A stretch of 51,928 bases of DNA from positions 1 to 51,928 of the forward strand of contig JAFGVS010000016.1 of the NCBI GenBank assembly GCA_016937865.1, written 5' to 3'. The notes beneath the pieces are model-generated. The model saw only the letters and a list, made by a program, of their open reading frames with translations, searched no databases and was not told the DNA's origin. The stretch's first letter is position 1; each line of letters opens with the position of its first letter. Positions 1 to 8,611 of the stretch are shown piece after piece. The stretch comes from Alphaproteobacteria bacterium. GTDB taxonomy: Bacteria > Pseudomonadota > Alphaproteobacteria > Rs-D84 > NBLK01. Made by a program: the position numbers and the translations under genes.

Positions 1-54
1 ACCTAATCCGTCTTCAAGGGGGGGGGCTTCGATGAGTGCGATTTCGGTTTGCAT
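1..54 (-). CDS. 5' end of an unidentified CDS running off the left edge (MQTEIALIEAPPLEDGLG...)
   Basis: ATG at 54..52 is preceded by GGAGAG 7 nt upstream on the minus strand. The frame stays open to the window edge. Only 18 codons are visible, so no product can be called. Confidence 0.3.
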   Translation of the reverse strand, partial: MQTEIALIEAPPLEDGLG

Positions 55-278
55 GTTAATCTCTCCGTGTGAAAGGAGATTATGCAAGTCTTTAAGTTTC
101 AACTTCTTCATTTTTCTAAATTTTAGTTTATAAATAATAAAATATTGTCTCGGAGTATATGGGTTTTTTATCCAAAGTCAAGTTCCTATGTATTTTATTT
201 GTTTTTTCCCTTGCGTTTCAGACAGATCGATAATAATATCGGCCTGAATAAATAGAAAAAGAAACAAGGACCTAAAAT

Positions 279-560
279 ATGAAAAGATCTAACATTATCC
301 GTGCGTTGTGGAAACGCAACAAAGGTTTGTCTTTAAAAGAAACAGAAATTATTATTCTTTCTGTTTTTGATAAAATGGCGTCTAGCCTTAAAAAAGGGGA
401 TCGTATCGAGCTACGTGGCTTTGGTGTTTTTGAGTCAAAAACAAAAGTCGGGTTTCTCGCACGTAATCCGCGCACCAACGAACAAGTGAATGTTGCTTCT
501 TCCCGGAGTATACGCTTTAAACTTGGTAAAAACCTTTTCAATCAAATTAACAAACTTTAA
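279..560 (+). CDS. ihfB: Integration host factor beta subunit / HU-family DNA-binding protein
   Basis: 93 aa with IELRGFGVF...ARNPRTNEQV...RFKLGKNL, the HU/IHF arm motif. The FK.GK.L ending is typical of IHF-beta. Confidence 0.7.
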   Translation: MKRSNIIRALWKRNKGLSLKETEIIILSVFDKMASSLKKGDRIELRGFGVFESKTKVGFLARNPRTNEQVNVASSRSIRFKLGKNLFNQINKL

Positions 561-571
561 GATTAATCCAA

Positions 572-1399
572 ATGACTAAAATCTCACAAAAATACAAAGA
601 TTTGCCTAAAGGGCAGTGGCGTCCGTGTAAAGGATGTGGTGCTGTTGGGTATATTAAACACATCGATCGTAATTTTGGCATTTGTCCAGCATGTGGATAT
701 CACAATGCGTTGACGCCAAATCAGTGGTTTGAAACCCTCTTTGATGATGGTAAATTTGAAAATATTGCTGTTTCGGTTAAAACAGATAATCCGTTGGGCT
801 TTGTTGCGCAAAAAGATTATGATACACAATTGGCCGCTGCCCGTAAAAAAACAGGGCAAGACGATGCTGCCCAATCTGCCATTGGTCGAATTAACGGAAT
901 TAAAACCGTTGTTTTTGCGATGAACTTTACTTTTATTGGTGGCTCTATGGGACGCTATGTTGGTGAAGCTTTTTTATGTGGTGCCGATAAAGCGATACAA
1001 GAAAAATCTGCGTTTTTGGCGATTCCAGCCAGTGGTGGGGCGCGTATGCAAGAAAGTACGCTTTCTTTGATGCAATTGGCGCGAACAACCCTTGGGGTTC
1101 AAAAGCTACGCGAAGCCGGATTACCTTATATCGTTTATTTAACCCATCCAACATATGGTGGTGTGACAGCCTCTTTTGCCATGGTTGGGGATATTCATTT
1201 GGCGGAACCAACTGCTTTGATTGGATTTGCGGGACCGCGTGTGATTGAACAAAATATTCGTCAAAAATTACCCAAAGGGTTTCAAACGGCGGAATATTTG
1301 GCCGAACATGGTATGGTTGATGCTATTGTCGCACGGGCTGATTTAAAAGAAAAATTAAGCAATATTCTTGGTATATTGATGAAAGCGGAGATGAAATAA
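572..1399 (+). CDS. accD: Acetyl-CoA carboxylase carboxyltransferase beta subunit
   Basis: N-terminal Zn ribbon CKGCG...CPACGYH followed by the carboxyltransferase core (GGSMG, GGARMQE). Confidence 0.9.
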   Translation: MTKISQKYKDLPKGQWRPCKGCGAVGYIKHIDRNFGICPACGYHNALTPNQWFETLFDDGKFENIAVSVKTDNPLGFVAQKDYDTQLAAARKKTGQDDAAQSAIGRINGIKTVVFAMNFTFIGGSMGRYVGEAFLCGADKAIQEKSAFLAIPASGGARMQESTLSLMQLARTTLGVQKLREAGLPYIVYLTHPTYGGVTASFAMVGDIHLAEPTALIGFAGPRVIEQNIRQKLPKGFQTAEYLAEHGMVDAIVARADLKEKLSNILGILMKAEMK

Positions 1400-2250
1400 T
1401 GCAACTGCTTCCTTTTGAAAAAGATCTAAATGCAAAAGATATTGAAAAAAAATATCAAAATTTAACCGCATGGGAAACCGTTCAGGTGGCGCGTCATCCA
1501 AATCGTCCTCATTTTGTGGATTATTTGAAGCATCTTTTTACGGATTATCAACCGCTGCAAGGTGATCGCTGTTTTGGCGATGATAACACCATTTTGGGTG
1601 GATTGGCTCGGTTTAATGGTCAGCCTGTTGTCGTTATGGGACAAGAAAAAGGGCATGATGCCCAAAGCCGTGTGAAACATAATTTTGGGATGCCTAATCC
1701 CGAAGGTTATCGTAAAGCAATTCGTTTGATGGGGTTGGCTGAAAAGTTTGGATTGCCTGTTCTTTCGTTTGTGGATACGCCAGGTGCTTTTCCAGGCATT
1801 GAAGCTGAAGCCCGTGGTCAAGCCGAAGCCATTGCGCGCGGCATTGATGCCGGTCTTGGTTTGAAAACGCCGTTTATCACAACTCTTATTGGGGAAGGTG
1901 GATCTGGTGGCGCGATTGGTATTGCAACTGCTAATAAAATATTGATGTTGCAAAATGCTTATTATTCTGTGATTTCGCCGGAAGGGTGTTCTTCGATTTT
2001 ATTTAAAGAAAGTGGGAAAGCTGCTGAGGCTGCTGAAGCGTTGAAACTAACGGCTGAATCACTTTTGCAAAATGGCATTATCGATGAAATTATTGCTGAA
2101 CTGGTTGGTGGGGCTCATCGTAATTTAGTTGAAACGATGGATAATGTTCGTTCTGTTTTACAAAAGAATTTGAAAGAACTATCTGAACTTTCTGCGGAAG
2201 AGTGTAAGCAACATCGGTGGGACAAATTTGAAAAAATGACGAGAATATAA
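1399..2250 (+). CDS. accA: Acetyl-CoA carboxylase carboxyltransferase alpha subunit
   Basis: [47 protein letters not shown] and GGAHRN motifs. The start overlaps the accD stop as TAATG. Confidence 0.9.
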   Translation: MQLLPFEKDLNAKDIEKKYQNLTAWETVQVARHPNRPHFVDYLKHLFTDYQPLQGDRCFGDDNTILGGLARFNGQPVVVMGQEKGHDAQSRVKHNFGMPNPEGYRKAIRLMGLAEKFGLPVLSFVDTPGAFPGIEAEARGQAEAIARGIDAGLGLKTPFITTLIGEGGSGGAIGIATANKILMLQNAYYSVISPEGCSSILFKESGKAAEAAEALKLTAESLLQNGIIDEIIAELVGGAHRNLVETMDNVRSVLQKNLKELSELSAEECKQHRWDKFEKMTRI

Positions 2251-2252
2251 AT

Positions 2253-2277
2253 AAACGCCGAAAGGCGTTTATTTTTT
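2253..2277 (+). terminator. Rho-independent terminator after accA
   Basis: aaacgcc-gaaa-ggcgttt hairpin followed by a T-run. Confidence 0.7.
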
Positions 2278-2429
2278 CCGTATTTCTGTGGGAAATTAAT
2301 TCTATGGACGCTATGCGTGATTTTTCGGACATCATTCGATGTACCCCAACGTACATCTTCGTCCTTAAATCACGTCTTTCGTCTCATATAACTGTTCGCG
2401 ATGCGAACTTTAATTTCGTTTTTTTGCGG
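2276..2429 (+). repeat. Dispersed structured repeat, copy 1 (subfamily A)
   Basis: Shares ...GGAAATTAAT...GTGATTTTTCGGACATCATTCGATGTACCCCAACGTACATCTTCGTCCTTAAATCAC...TTTAATTTCG... with the copies at 9188, 16617, 18491 and 45333. Confidence 0.85.
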
Positions 2430-2477
2430 GATTGAGGTTTTTTGAGGAAGATTAGATTGTAGTCGAGACATTGGAAA

Positions 2478-2505
2478 CAAAAAATCCCCAATCGGGGATT
2501 TTTTA
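2478..2505 (-). terminator. Rho-independent terminator after tsf
   Basis: aaaaaatcccc-aatc-ggggatttttt palindrome with A and T runs on both sides. It lies 3' of tsf. Confidence 0.7.
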
Positions 2506-2526
2506 TATGTAACGTTTGGATTTCAA

Positions 2527-3429
2527 TTAAGCTAATTGTTTTGCGACTTCGTCTGCAAGGCTTTCGGATTTCTTTTCGATTCCATCACCCAAGATAAAGT
2601 GTTTAAAGCCTGTTAATTCGGCACCAGCTTCAGCGACGATTTCTTTAACGGTTTTCTTTGGCTCCATTACAAATGCTTGTTCTAAGAGTACAATTTCAGA
2701 ATAGAATTTTTTCATACGACCTACCAACATTTGATCGACAACCGCTTCTGGTTTTCCAGAGGCAAGGGCTTCTTCTTTTAAGAAATTGCGTTCTTTTTCA
2801 ACTGTTTTTGCATCTACAGATTCTGTTGAAAGGAAATCAGGTTTTGCCGCCGCAATATGCATGGCTACTTTTTTACCGACTTCTTCAAGCGCAGCGGTGT
2901 CAGATCCTTTTAATCCAACCAATACACCAATTTTCCCCATATTTTCCCCAGTTGATCCATGGATGTATCCGGTTACAACGTCTGCATTTAAAACAGCAGA
3001 ACGACGAATGGAAAGGTTTTCCCCGATAGATGCAATTTTGTCTGTTAAAACATCCGCTACCGTTTTGTTTGTGTTTGCACATGTTGTGTTTTTAAGGGTT
3101 TCAACATCTGCGCCCGCGGTTAATGCTGTTAGGGCAACGTTTTTTGCAAAGTCTTGGAAATCTGCATTACGAGCTACGAAATCTGTTTCGGCATTTACTT
3201 CGACAATAGCGCCTTTGTTACCGTCGAATGCAATTGAAATAACCCCTTCGGCAGTCACGCGTCCAGCTTTTTTTTGTGCTTTTGATAGACCTTTTTTACG
3301 TAAAAAGTCGATCGCTGCTTCAAAATCACCGTTTGTTTCTACGAGGGCTTTTTTACAATCCATCATGCCAACGCCTGTTTTTTGACGGAGTTCATTTACC
3401 ATTGAGGCCGTAATTTGTGTCATATCCAA
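2527..3429 (-). CDS. tsf: Translation elongation factor Ts
   Basis: N-terminal UBA-like VNELRQKTGVGMMDCKKAL, full length 300 aa, immediately downstream of rpsB. Confidence 0.95.
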   Translation of the reverse strand: MDMTQITASMVNELRQKTGVGMMDCKKALVETNGDFEAAIDFLRKKGLSKAQKKAGRVTAEGVISIAFDGNKGAIVEVNAETDFVARNADFQDFAKNVALTALTAGADVETLKNTTCANTNKTVADVLTDKIASIGENLSIRRSAVLNADVVTGYIHGSTGENMGKIGVLVGLKGSDTAALEEVGKKVAMHIAAAKPDFLSTESVDAKTVEKERNFLKEEALASGKPEAVVDQMLVGRMKKFYSEIVLLEQAFVMEPKKTVKEIVAEAGAELTGFKHFILGDGIEKKSESLADEVAKQLA

Positions 3430-3447
3430 TCCTTTTATCTAATCGTT

Positions 3448-4314
3448 TTATTTAGCTTCTGTTTCTGTTTCAGCTGTTTCTTCCGCTTTCTTTGCAGGTT
3501 CTTTTTTTACTTCTTCTGCTTTTTTTTCAGTTTTAGGTGTTGCTTTTTTTTCTTCTTTTTTAACTTCTTTTGCAGGTTCTTCTTTTGTCAGTTCTTTGGC
3601 AACAGATTTTTTGTCGACGGCGGAAACAAATTTTTCTAATCCACTGAGAATTGCATCGCTGAACAGGTCTGCGTACAAAGAAATTGCTTTGCTTGAGTCG
3701 TCATTTCCTGGAATAATGTAGTCTACATTATCTGGATTACAGTTTGTGTCACAGATTGCAACAACCGGAATACCCAATTTTTTTGATTCGGCAAGGGCAA
3801 TGTTTTCACGTGTAATATCAATAATAACAACTGCGGCTGGACGGTGCATTTTGCGAATTCCGCCAAGGGCCATTTCTAATTTTGTGCGATCGCGTTCCAT
3901 ATTAAGCTTTTCTTTTTTTGTATAGCCTAATTTTTCTGCGTCTTCTAATTCTTTTTCGATTTTTTCAAGATGTTTGATTGATTTAGAGACGGTTTTAAAG
4001 TTGGTTAACATTCCCCCTAACCAACGGTGATTTACATAAAATTGGCCTGTTTTTTCAGCCATTTCACGGACTTTGTCGCTTGCTTGGTTTTTTGTACCCA
4101 CAAACAAGATTTGTCCACCAGAGGCCGCTGTTTTTTCAAGGAAAGCCAAAGCTTCTTTCATCATAGGGGCTGTTTTTCGAACGTCAATAATACTGATTTT
4201 ATTGCGTGTATCGAAAATATAAGGGTTCATTTTTGGGTTGCGACGACGGACTTGGTGTCCAAAGTGTACGCCATTTTCTACGAGTGTTTTTACATCGAAT
4301 GTCGGAAGAGTCAT
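3448..4314 (-). CDS. rpsB: 30S ribosomal protein S2 with a Lys/Glu-rich C-terminal extension
   Basis: GVHFGHQVRRRNPKM and WLGGMLTNF motifs. About 55 extra C-terminal residues rich in K, E and A. Confidence 0.95.
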   Translation of the reverse strand: MTLPTFDVKTLVENGVHFGHQVRRRNPKMNPYIFDTRNKISIIDVRKTAPMMKEALAFLEKTAASGGQILFVGTKNQASDKVREMAEKTGQFYVNHRWLGGMLTNFKTVSKSIKHLEKIEKELEDAEKLGYTKKEKLNMERDRTKLEMALGGIRKMHRPAAVVIIDITRENIALAESKKLGIPVVAICDTNCNPDNVDYIIPGNDDSSKAISLYADLFSDAILSGLEKFVSAVDKKSVAKELTKEEPAKEVKKEEKKATPKTEKKAEEVKKEPAKKAEETAETETEAK

Positions 4315-4329
4315 AATTTATATCCTTTC

Positions 4330-4430
4330 TTTTCCGGTTAGTTATCGCTTTTAAAAAAAAGCAATCCTCTGCCGTGCAAGTCGCTTCAATTCCTTGAAGC
4401 ACCGGGAGAGACGAGGTTGTCTCTGTACGC
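4330..4430 (-). promoter_or_regulatory. Possible structured rpsB 5' leader
   Basis: Two short hairpins lie upstream of the rpsB RBS: cttcaa-ttcc-ttgaag at about 4384-4399 and agagac-gaggtt-gtctct at about 4407-4424. The function is not established. Confidence 0.25.
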
Positions 4431-4493
4431 ACGACATGTGTTATGAGGGAGGACTTTAATATGAATCTCTTTAGAAAGCAAGTCTTTTTTATA

Positions 4494-4522
4494 TTGACTC
4501 TTTCGTTCTTTTAAAGTAATAA
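4494..4522 (+). promoter_or_regulatory. Sigma70-type promoter for rpmB
   Basis: TTGACT, 17 nt spacer, TAATAA. The -35 lies within the shared TTGACTCT motif. Confidence 0.5.
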
Positions 4523-4554
4523 TAGGGCGCAATTTAATAAAAAAGGATTTTAAA

Positions 4555-4920
4555 ATGGCTCGTCAATGTGAAGTTACTGGAAAAAAACGCATGGTTGGAC
4601 ACAATGTGTCTCATGCGAAAAATCGTACAAAACGTACTTTTTTACCAAATACACGTGTTCTTTCTTTTATGAGCGAACTATTGGGACGTGCTTTCAAATT
4701 GAAAGTATCATCGCATGGTCTTCGCACCATTAACCACAAAGGTGGATTGGATAATTATGTTTTAAATTCAAAACCTAAGAATTTAACAGATGAAACATTG
4801 GCTATTAAAAAAGCTTTATTGAAAAAAAATCCAGCTCTTTTAGACCAAAAATTGGTTAAAAAAGAAAAGCCGGTTAAACGTGTTTCTGCGCGTGCTGCGA
4901 AAAAAGCTGCGACTAAATAA
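4555..4920 (+). CDS. rpmB: 50S ribosomal protein L28 with a Lys-rich C-terminal extension
   Basis: MARQCEVTGKK..GHNVSHA.NRTKR.F.PN signature, plus a tail of about 40 aa rich in K and A. Confidence 0.9.
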   Translation: MARQCEVTGKKRMVGHNVSHAKNRTKRTFLPNTRVLSFMSELLGRAFKLKVSSHGLRTINHKGGLDNYVLNSKPKNLTDETLAIKKALLKKNPALLDQKLVKKEKPVKRVSARAAKKAATK

Positions 4921-4936
4921 GTTTTTATTATATATT

Positions 4937-4964
4937 TAAAATCCCGCAATTGCGGGATTTTTTT
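4937..4964. terminator. Bidirectional terminator with perfect palindrome ATCCCGCAATTGCGGGAT
   Basis: The 18-nt perfect palindrome is flanked by an A-run and a T-run, between convergent rpmB and the 4963..5529 gene. The identical core recurs at 12535-12552. Confidence 0.75.
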
Positions 4965-5529
4965 AACGTTCGAATTCAATGATAAAAGAAACTAATTCTT
5001 TTTCATTTTCAAGGAGTTTGAATATTTTTTTAGCTCTATCTTTAGGTGTCGCATTTATGATATCTGTTTTTGGGAGACAGCCTGGCGCAAACAAGCCCGT
5101 AAAGTTTTTTACATCTGGCACCTCGCATTTCTTTATGATTTCTTGTATTGGTTTTTGTAAGCCGTAATTATTTTCTGCATTAAATTTAAACCGAAGTTCG
5201 GTACCATCAATTATATATTTGTATGTGGTTTCTTTTTCTAGATCGAATGGATTGCCGAGCCAATAATTGGAATCTTTAAGGCCTTTGGCATAATTTGTAT
5301 CGTATGTTAAGTCTAGCATAGGGTATTTTGCGACGGCTTGTCCATTTTCGAAGTAATAAGCTTCTTCAATTTCTGGAATATAGGAAATTGTTTTTAAGGA
5401 AAGTGTAAAGATGGGCATTCCTTTTTTAATTTCCCCTGTGCGTTCGAAATAGCCTTTCCATGGTTCTTGACCATTCATCCATCCGCCGGACCCTAAGACG
5501 GTTATATTTTTTATATCAAGTTCTTTCAT
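4963..5529 (-). CDS. Hypothetical protein (188 aa, no signal peptide)
   Basis: Long ORF with AAGGA upstream of the ATG. No motif recognised. Confidence 0.6.
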   Translation of the reverse strand: MKELDIKNITVLGSGGWMNGQEPWKGYFERTGEIKKGMPIFTLSLKTISYIPEIEEAYYFENGQAVAKYPMLDLTYDTNYAKGLKDSNYWLGNPFDLEKETTYKYIIDGTELRFKFNAENNYGLQKPIQEIIKKCEVPDVKNFTGLFAPGCLPKTDIINATPKDRAKKIFKLLENEKELVSFIIEFER

Positions 5530-5675
5530 TTTTATATCCTTTTTTATCTGGTATGGGTGAAATTTTAAAGGGATCTTTATATTATGTCAAGATTTTGTTT
5601 TCCTTTTGTTTTTGATCTTGAAAGATGGGATTTTTTGATTTATAGTCCTTTGGTAATATCTAAAAGGAATTTATC

Positions 5676-5816
5676 ATGCGACGTCGACAAGAAAGAGGCA
5701 AGTTGAAAACTTATTTTTGGTGGGGAATTGCTTTGGCCGTTGTCTTTTTATCTATTTATGTGCCCCCGGTTGCACAGCAAAAAGTTGAGAAAACACTCGA
5801 AGTTCAAGGAAAATAA
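5676..5816 (+). CDS. Possible small membrane protein (46 aa, MRRRQERGKLKTYFWWGIALAVVFLSIYVPP...)
   Basis: Not in the ORF track because it is under 60 aa. AAGGA lies 8 nt upstream of the ATG, there is one hydrophobic helix, and a terminator-like hairpin follows. Confidence 0.3.
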   Translation: MRRRQERGKLKTYFWWGIALAVVFLSIYVPPVAQQKVEKTLEVQGK

Positions 5817-5836
5817 TATCACATTAAAACGATAAG

Positions 5837-5868
5837 ATCCCAGATCTATTCTGGGATGCCGTTTTTTG
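5837..5868 (+). terminator. Terminator-like hairpin just upstream of miaB
   Basis: atcccaga-tctat-tctgggat followed by gccgtttttt. Confidence 0.45.
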
Positions 5869-5882
5869 TAGGAAAGAAAAAT

Positions 5883-7178
5883 ATGAAGAAATTTTTTATC
5901 CAAACTTTTGGATGCCAAATGAATGTTTATGATAGTGATCGGTTGCATGCGACGCTGGCGACACGTGGTTGGGCGCCAACAGATAAAATAGAAACGGCAG
6001 ATCTTGTTATTTTAAATACGTGTTCTGTCCGTGAGAAGGCGACGGAGAAAGTTTTTTCTCATTTGGGTAAGATTAATAAGCTGAAAAAGAAATATAATTT
6101 GGAGATGAAAATTGCGGTGATTGGCTGTGTGGCCAAGGAATTAGGCAAAGTTGTGCGACATCGCGCCCCTTATGTGGATTATGTTTTTGGGCCACAAAGT
6201 TGGCATTTATTGTTGGGGGCTTTGGAAAACACCCCAACCTTATGTGATACAGGGAATTATCGTTTAGATAAATTTAAGGATTTAGCAACGGTTAAAACAC
6301 AGGCGGTTTCGGCTTTTATTTCAATACAAGAAGGTTGTGATAATGTTTGCACGTATTGCATTGTACCGTTTACACGTGAACGTGAGTTCTCACGTGATTT
6401 TGATACGGTTATGAAGGAAGTTGACCAGGTTGTTTCTAATGGCGCACGGGAAATTGTTTTTTTGGGCCAAAATGTAAATAATTATAAAGATGAAAATGGA
6501 AAAAATTTGGCAGATTTAATTCGGGCGACGGCGAAGATTGAGCTTGTAAAACGGATTCGTTATGTCACCTCTTATCCAACCTATTTAACAGATGAATTGA
6601 TTGATTTGTTTGGATCTGAGCCAAAGGTTATGCCTTTTTTGAATTTGCCTATTCAAGCGGGATCAAACGCGGTTTTGAAAAAAATGAACAGGCATTATAC
6701 GCGTGAAGATTATTTTGCGATTATTGATAAAATTAAAAAAGTAAATCCTAACGTTGTTGTCTCTTCTGATCTTATTGTTGGATTTTGCGGTGAAACAGAA
6801 GAAGATTTTCAAGATACAATGGACGCGGCTAAACGTGTTCCGTTTTTAGTTTCTTATTCTTTTAAATATTCACCACGTCCACATACGCCGGCACAAAAAG
6901 CCTTTAAAGACGATGTTAACCCCAAAGACAAGGCAGAGCGTTTAAAACGGTTGCAAGACTTGCTTCATCGAATTCAAAAAGATTTTAATCAGGCCTGTAT
7001 TGGTAAAACGGTTGAGGTCTTAATTGACCAAGATAAAGGGGCTGGGGTTTTTCGTGGCCGATCTCCTTACATGCAAAATGTGAAAATTGATACGGATAAA
7101 GAGGGTCTTTTAGGGGAGGTTGTTTCCGTTAAGATAAAGGACGCTTCTTCTTTTCTGTTATATGGAGAACTTGCATGA
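5883..7178 (+). CDS. miaB: tRNA-i6A37 methylthiotransferase MiaB (radical SAM)
   Basis: FIQTFGCQMN, the radical-SAM CDNVCTYC motif and a TRAM-like C-terminus. The ORF track starts at 5856, but the ATG at 5883 (MKKFFIQTFGCQMN) fits the family N-terminus and lies after the hairpin. Confidence 0.9.
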   Translation: MKKFFIQTFGCQMNVYDSDRLHATLATRGWAPTDKIETADLVILNTCSVREKATEKVFSHLGKINKLKKKYNLEMKIAVIGCVAKELGKVVRHRAPYVDYVFGPQSWHLLLGALENTPTLCDTGNYRLDKFKDLATVKTQAVSAFISIQEGCDNVCTYCIVPFTREREFSRDFDTVMKEVDQVVSNGAREIVFLGQNVNNYKDENGKNLADLIRATAKIELVKRIRYVTSYPTYLTDELIDLFGSEPKVMPFLNLPIQAGSNAVLKKMNRHYTREDYFAIIDKIKKVNPNVVVSSDLIVGFCGETEEDFQDTMDAAKRVPFLVSYSFKYSPRPHTPAQKAFKDDVNPKDKAERLKRLQDLLHRIQKDFNQACIGKTVEVLIDQDKGAGVFRGRSPYMQNVKIDTDKEGLLGEVVSVKIKDASSFLLYGELA

Positions 7179-7579
7179 TAGAATTAAATTGCCAATCTGA
7201 TTTATGGACGAAATCTCATCAAGCGTTTGTTTTGAAACAAGCCCAAAAGGTTGCAACGCATTTAAACTTAACCGGTGAAATTTCTTTTCTTTTAACTGAT
7301 GACGCGACAATTCAAAAGCTGAATAAAGATTATCGTGGCAAAGATAAACCAACCAATGTGTTGTCTTTTGAAACAGAAGACGCTGAAATGCTGGGTGATG
7401 TGGTTTTGGCCTTTGAAACAATTGAGCGCGAGTCTGCGCAAGAAAAGTCATTTGAGCATCATCTAACGCATTTGATTGCGCATGGGATTTTACATTTGAT
7501 TGGGTATGATCATATCGAAGACTCTGAGGCCGAAATTATGGAAGCTAAGGAAGATGAGATTTTAGATCAGATTTTTTAA
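7175..7579 (+). CDS. ybeY: rRNA maturation endoribonuclease YbeY
   Basis: HGILHLIGYDH zinc motif, 134 aa, ATGA overlap with miaB. Confidence 0.9.
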   Translation: MIELNCQSDLWTKSHQAFVLKQAQKVATHLNLTGEISFLLTDDATIQKLNKDYRGKDKPTNVLSFETEDAEMLGDVVLAFETIERESAQEKSFEHHLTHLIAHGILHLIGYDHIEDSEAEIMEAKEDEILDQIF

Positions 7580-7890
7580 TTTAAGGTTTCCAGGGATTTA
7601 TTATCAATGCGGACCCGGGAGAACATGTCTTCCAATGCCGTTTCAGCGAATTCAATAAACTTTTCTTGTTCTTCTTTATTCGCGCCGAGGAGTTCAAGGC
7701 TTTGAATTTCGTTGAGGCAAGAATATTTGACAGATTTAATCAGGTCGGGATCTTTTGAAAGCATCAAAAGGGATGAGCGCATGACAATGCTACGCAAAAC
7801 AAGTAATTCGGCTTGGATTTTTAAAGCAAAATCTTTTTTGTTGTTTTTGTCTTGTTTCAATTTATTAAAAATGCGGTTGAGCCAGGCCAT
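7576..7890 (-). CDS. Hypothetical protein (104 aa)
   Basis: ORF only. No motif recognised. Confidence 0.45.
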   Translation of the reverse strand: MAWLNRIFNKLKQDKNNKKDFALKIQAELLVLRSIVMRSSLLMLSKDPDLIKSVKYSCLNEIQSLELLGANKEEQEKFIEFAETALEDMFSRVRIDNKSLETLN

Positions 7891-7948
7891 TTATTTCCTA
7901 TTTGTTTCTCTGTACTCTAAAGATAGAAGTTAAAAGTTAGAATTTCAA

Positions 7949-8599
7949 CTATTGATCCATTTTACTTCGGATGAGTTTAATGAGTGGGGTTTCTTCCCCA
8001 TCGGAACATTTAATGGCATATGCGTATGCGGATTTATAATCTTGTGCCACCCCGTAGCCCAACATATAGAGTGTTGCCACATGGAAGGCGGATACTTTGT
8101 CCCCGTTGTCGGCTGCCTTTTTCAAATATTGCATGGCTTTTTTATAATCTTGTTTTAATCCCATGCCGTCTTTGTACATGAGACCGATTAATGCTTGGGC
8201 TTTTATACTGTTGCCATTTGCTGCTTTTTCTAGATATTCTTGTGCTTTTTTATAATTTTGATAGGCTTTTGAATCTTTATAGAAAAGACCAAGGTGATAG
8301 GATGCCTGTACCAATCCTTTGTCGGAAGCTTCTTTCATCCATTTCGTATATTTTTCATAATTTTCTTGTTCATAATGTTGTAAAGCCAGTTCATATTGTG
8401 CCTCTACATATCCCTTTTTGGCTTTTTCTTGGAGTGAAAAAGGGATGAAGATATAAACAAGGATTCCTATTCCTATGAGAGTCATTATTGCACTTAAGAT
8501 AAGTATCAATGAATGTTTTTGTGGCTTATGTCTTTTATTGGGTCCTTTTAGGACGGGTTTAATTTGGAGAGAATGTAGAATATTTTTATTTGTGTTCAC
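7949..8599 (-). CDS. Sel1-repeat (TPR-like) protein with an N-terminal membrane anchor
   Basis: Repeated A...LG.MY..G.G..QDY.KA..Y..KAA units. The TM segment is LILILSAIMTLIGIGILVYIFI. GTG start with AAGGAG upstream. Confidence 0.8.
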   Translation of the reverse strand: MNTNKNILHSLQIKPVLKGPNKRHKPQKHSLILILSAIMTLIGIGILVYIFIPFSLQEKAKKGYVEAQYELALQHYEQENYEKYTKWMKEASDKGLVQASYHLGLFYKDSKAYQNYKKAQEYLEKAANGNSIKAQALIGLMYKDGMGLKQDYKKAMQYLKKAADNGDKVSAFHVATLYMLGYGVAQDYKSAYAYAIKCSDGEETPLIKLIRSKMDQ

Positions 8600-8611
8600 G
8601 GGCGGTCTCCT

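Noticed and set aside
1397-1401. accD-accA adjacency and TAATG coupling as an unusual feature.
   Set aside because: A linked accD-accA operon is common in several phyla. Without a survey of relatives it is not clearly anomalous.
3415-3639. F/C-rich 74-aa ORF, and the similar F/C-rich ORF at 23690..23881.
   Set aside because: These are the reverse complements of the Lys/Glu-rich tails of rpsB and tatA. AAA and GAA codons read as TTT and TTC on the other strand, so the ORFs are an artefact.
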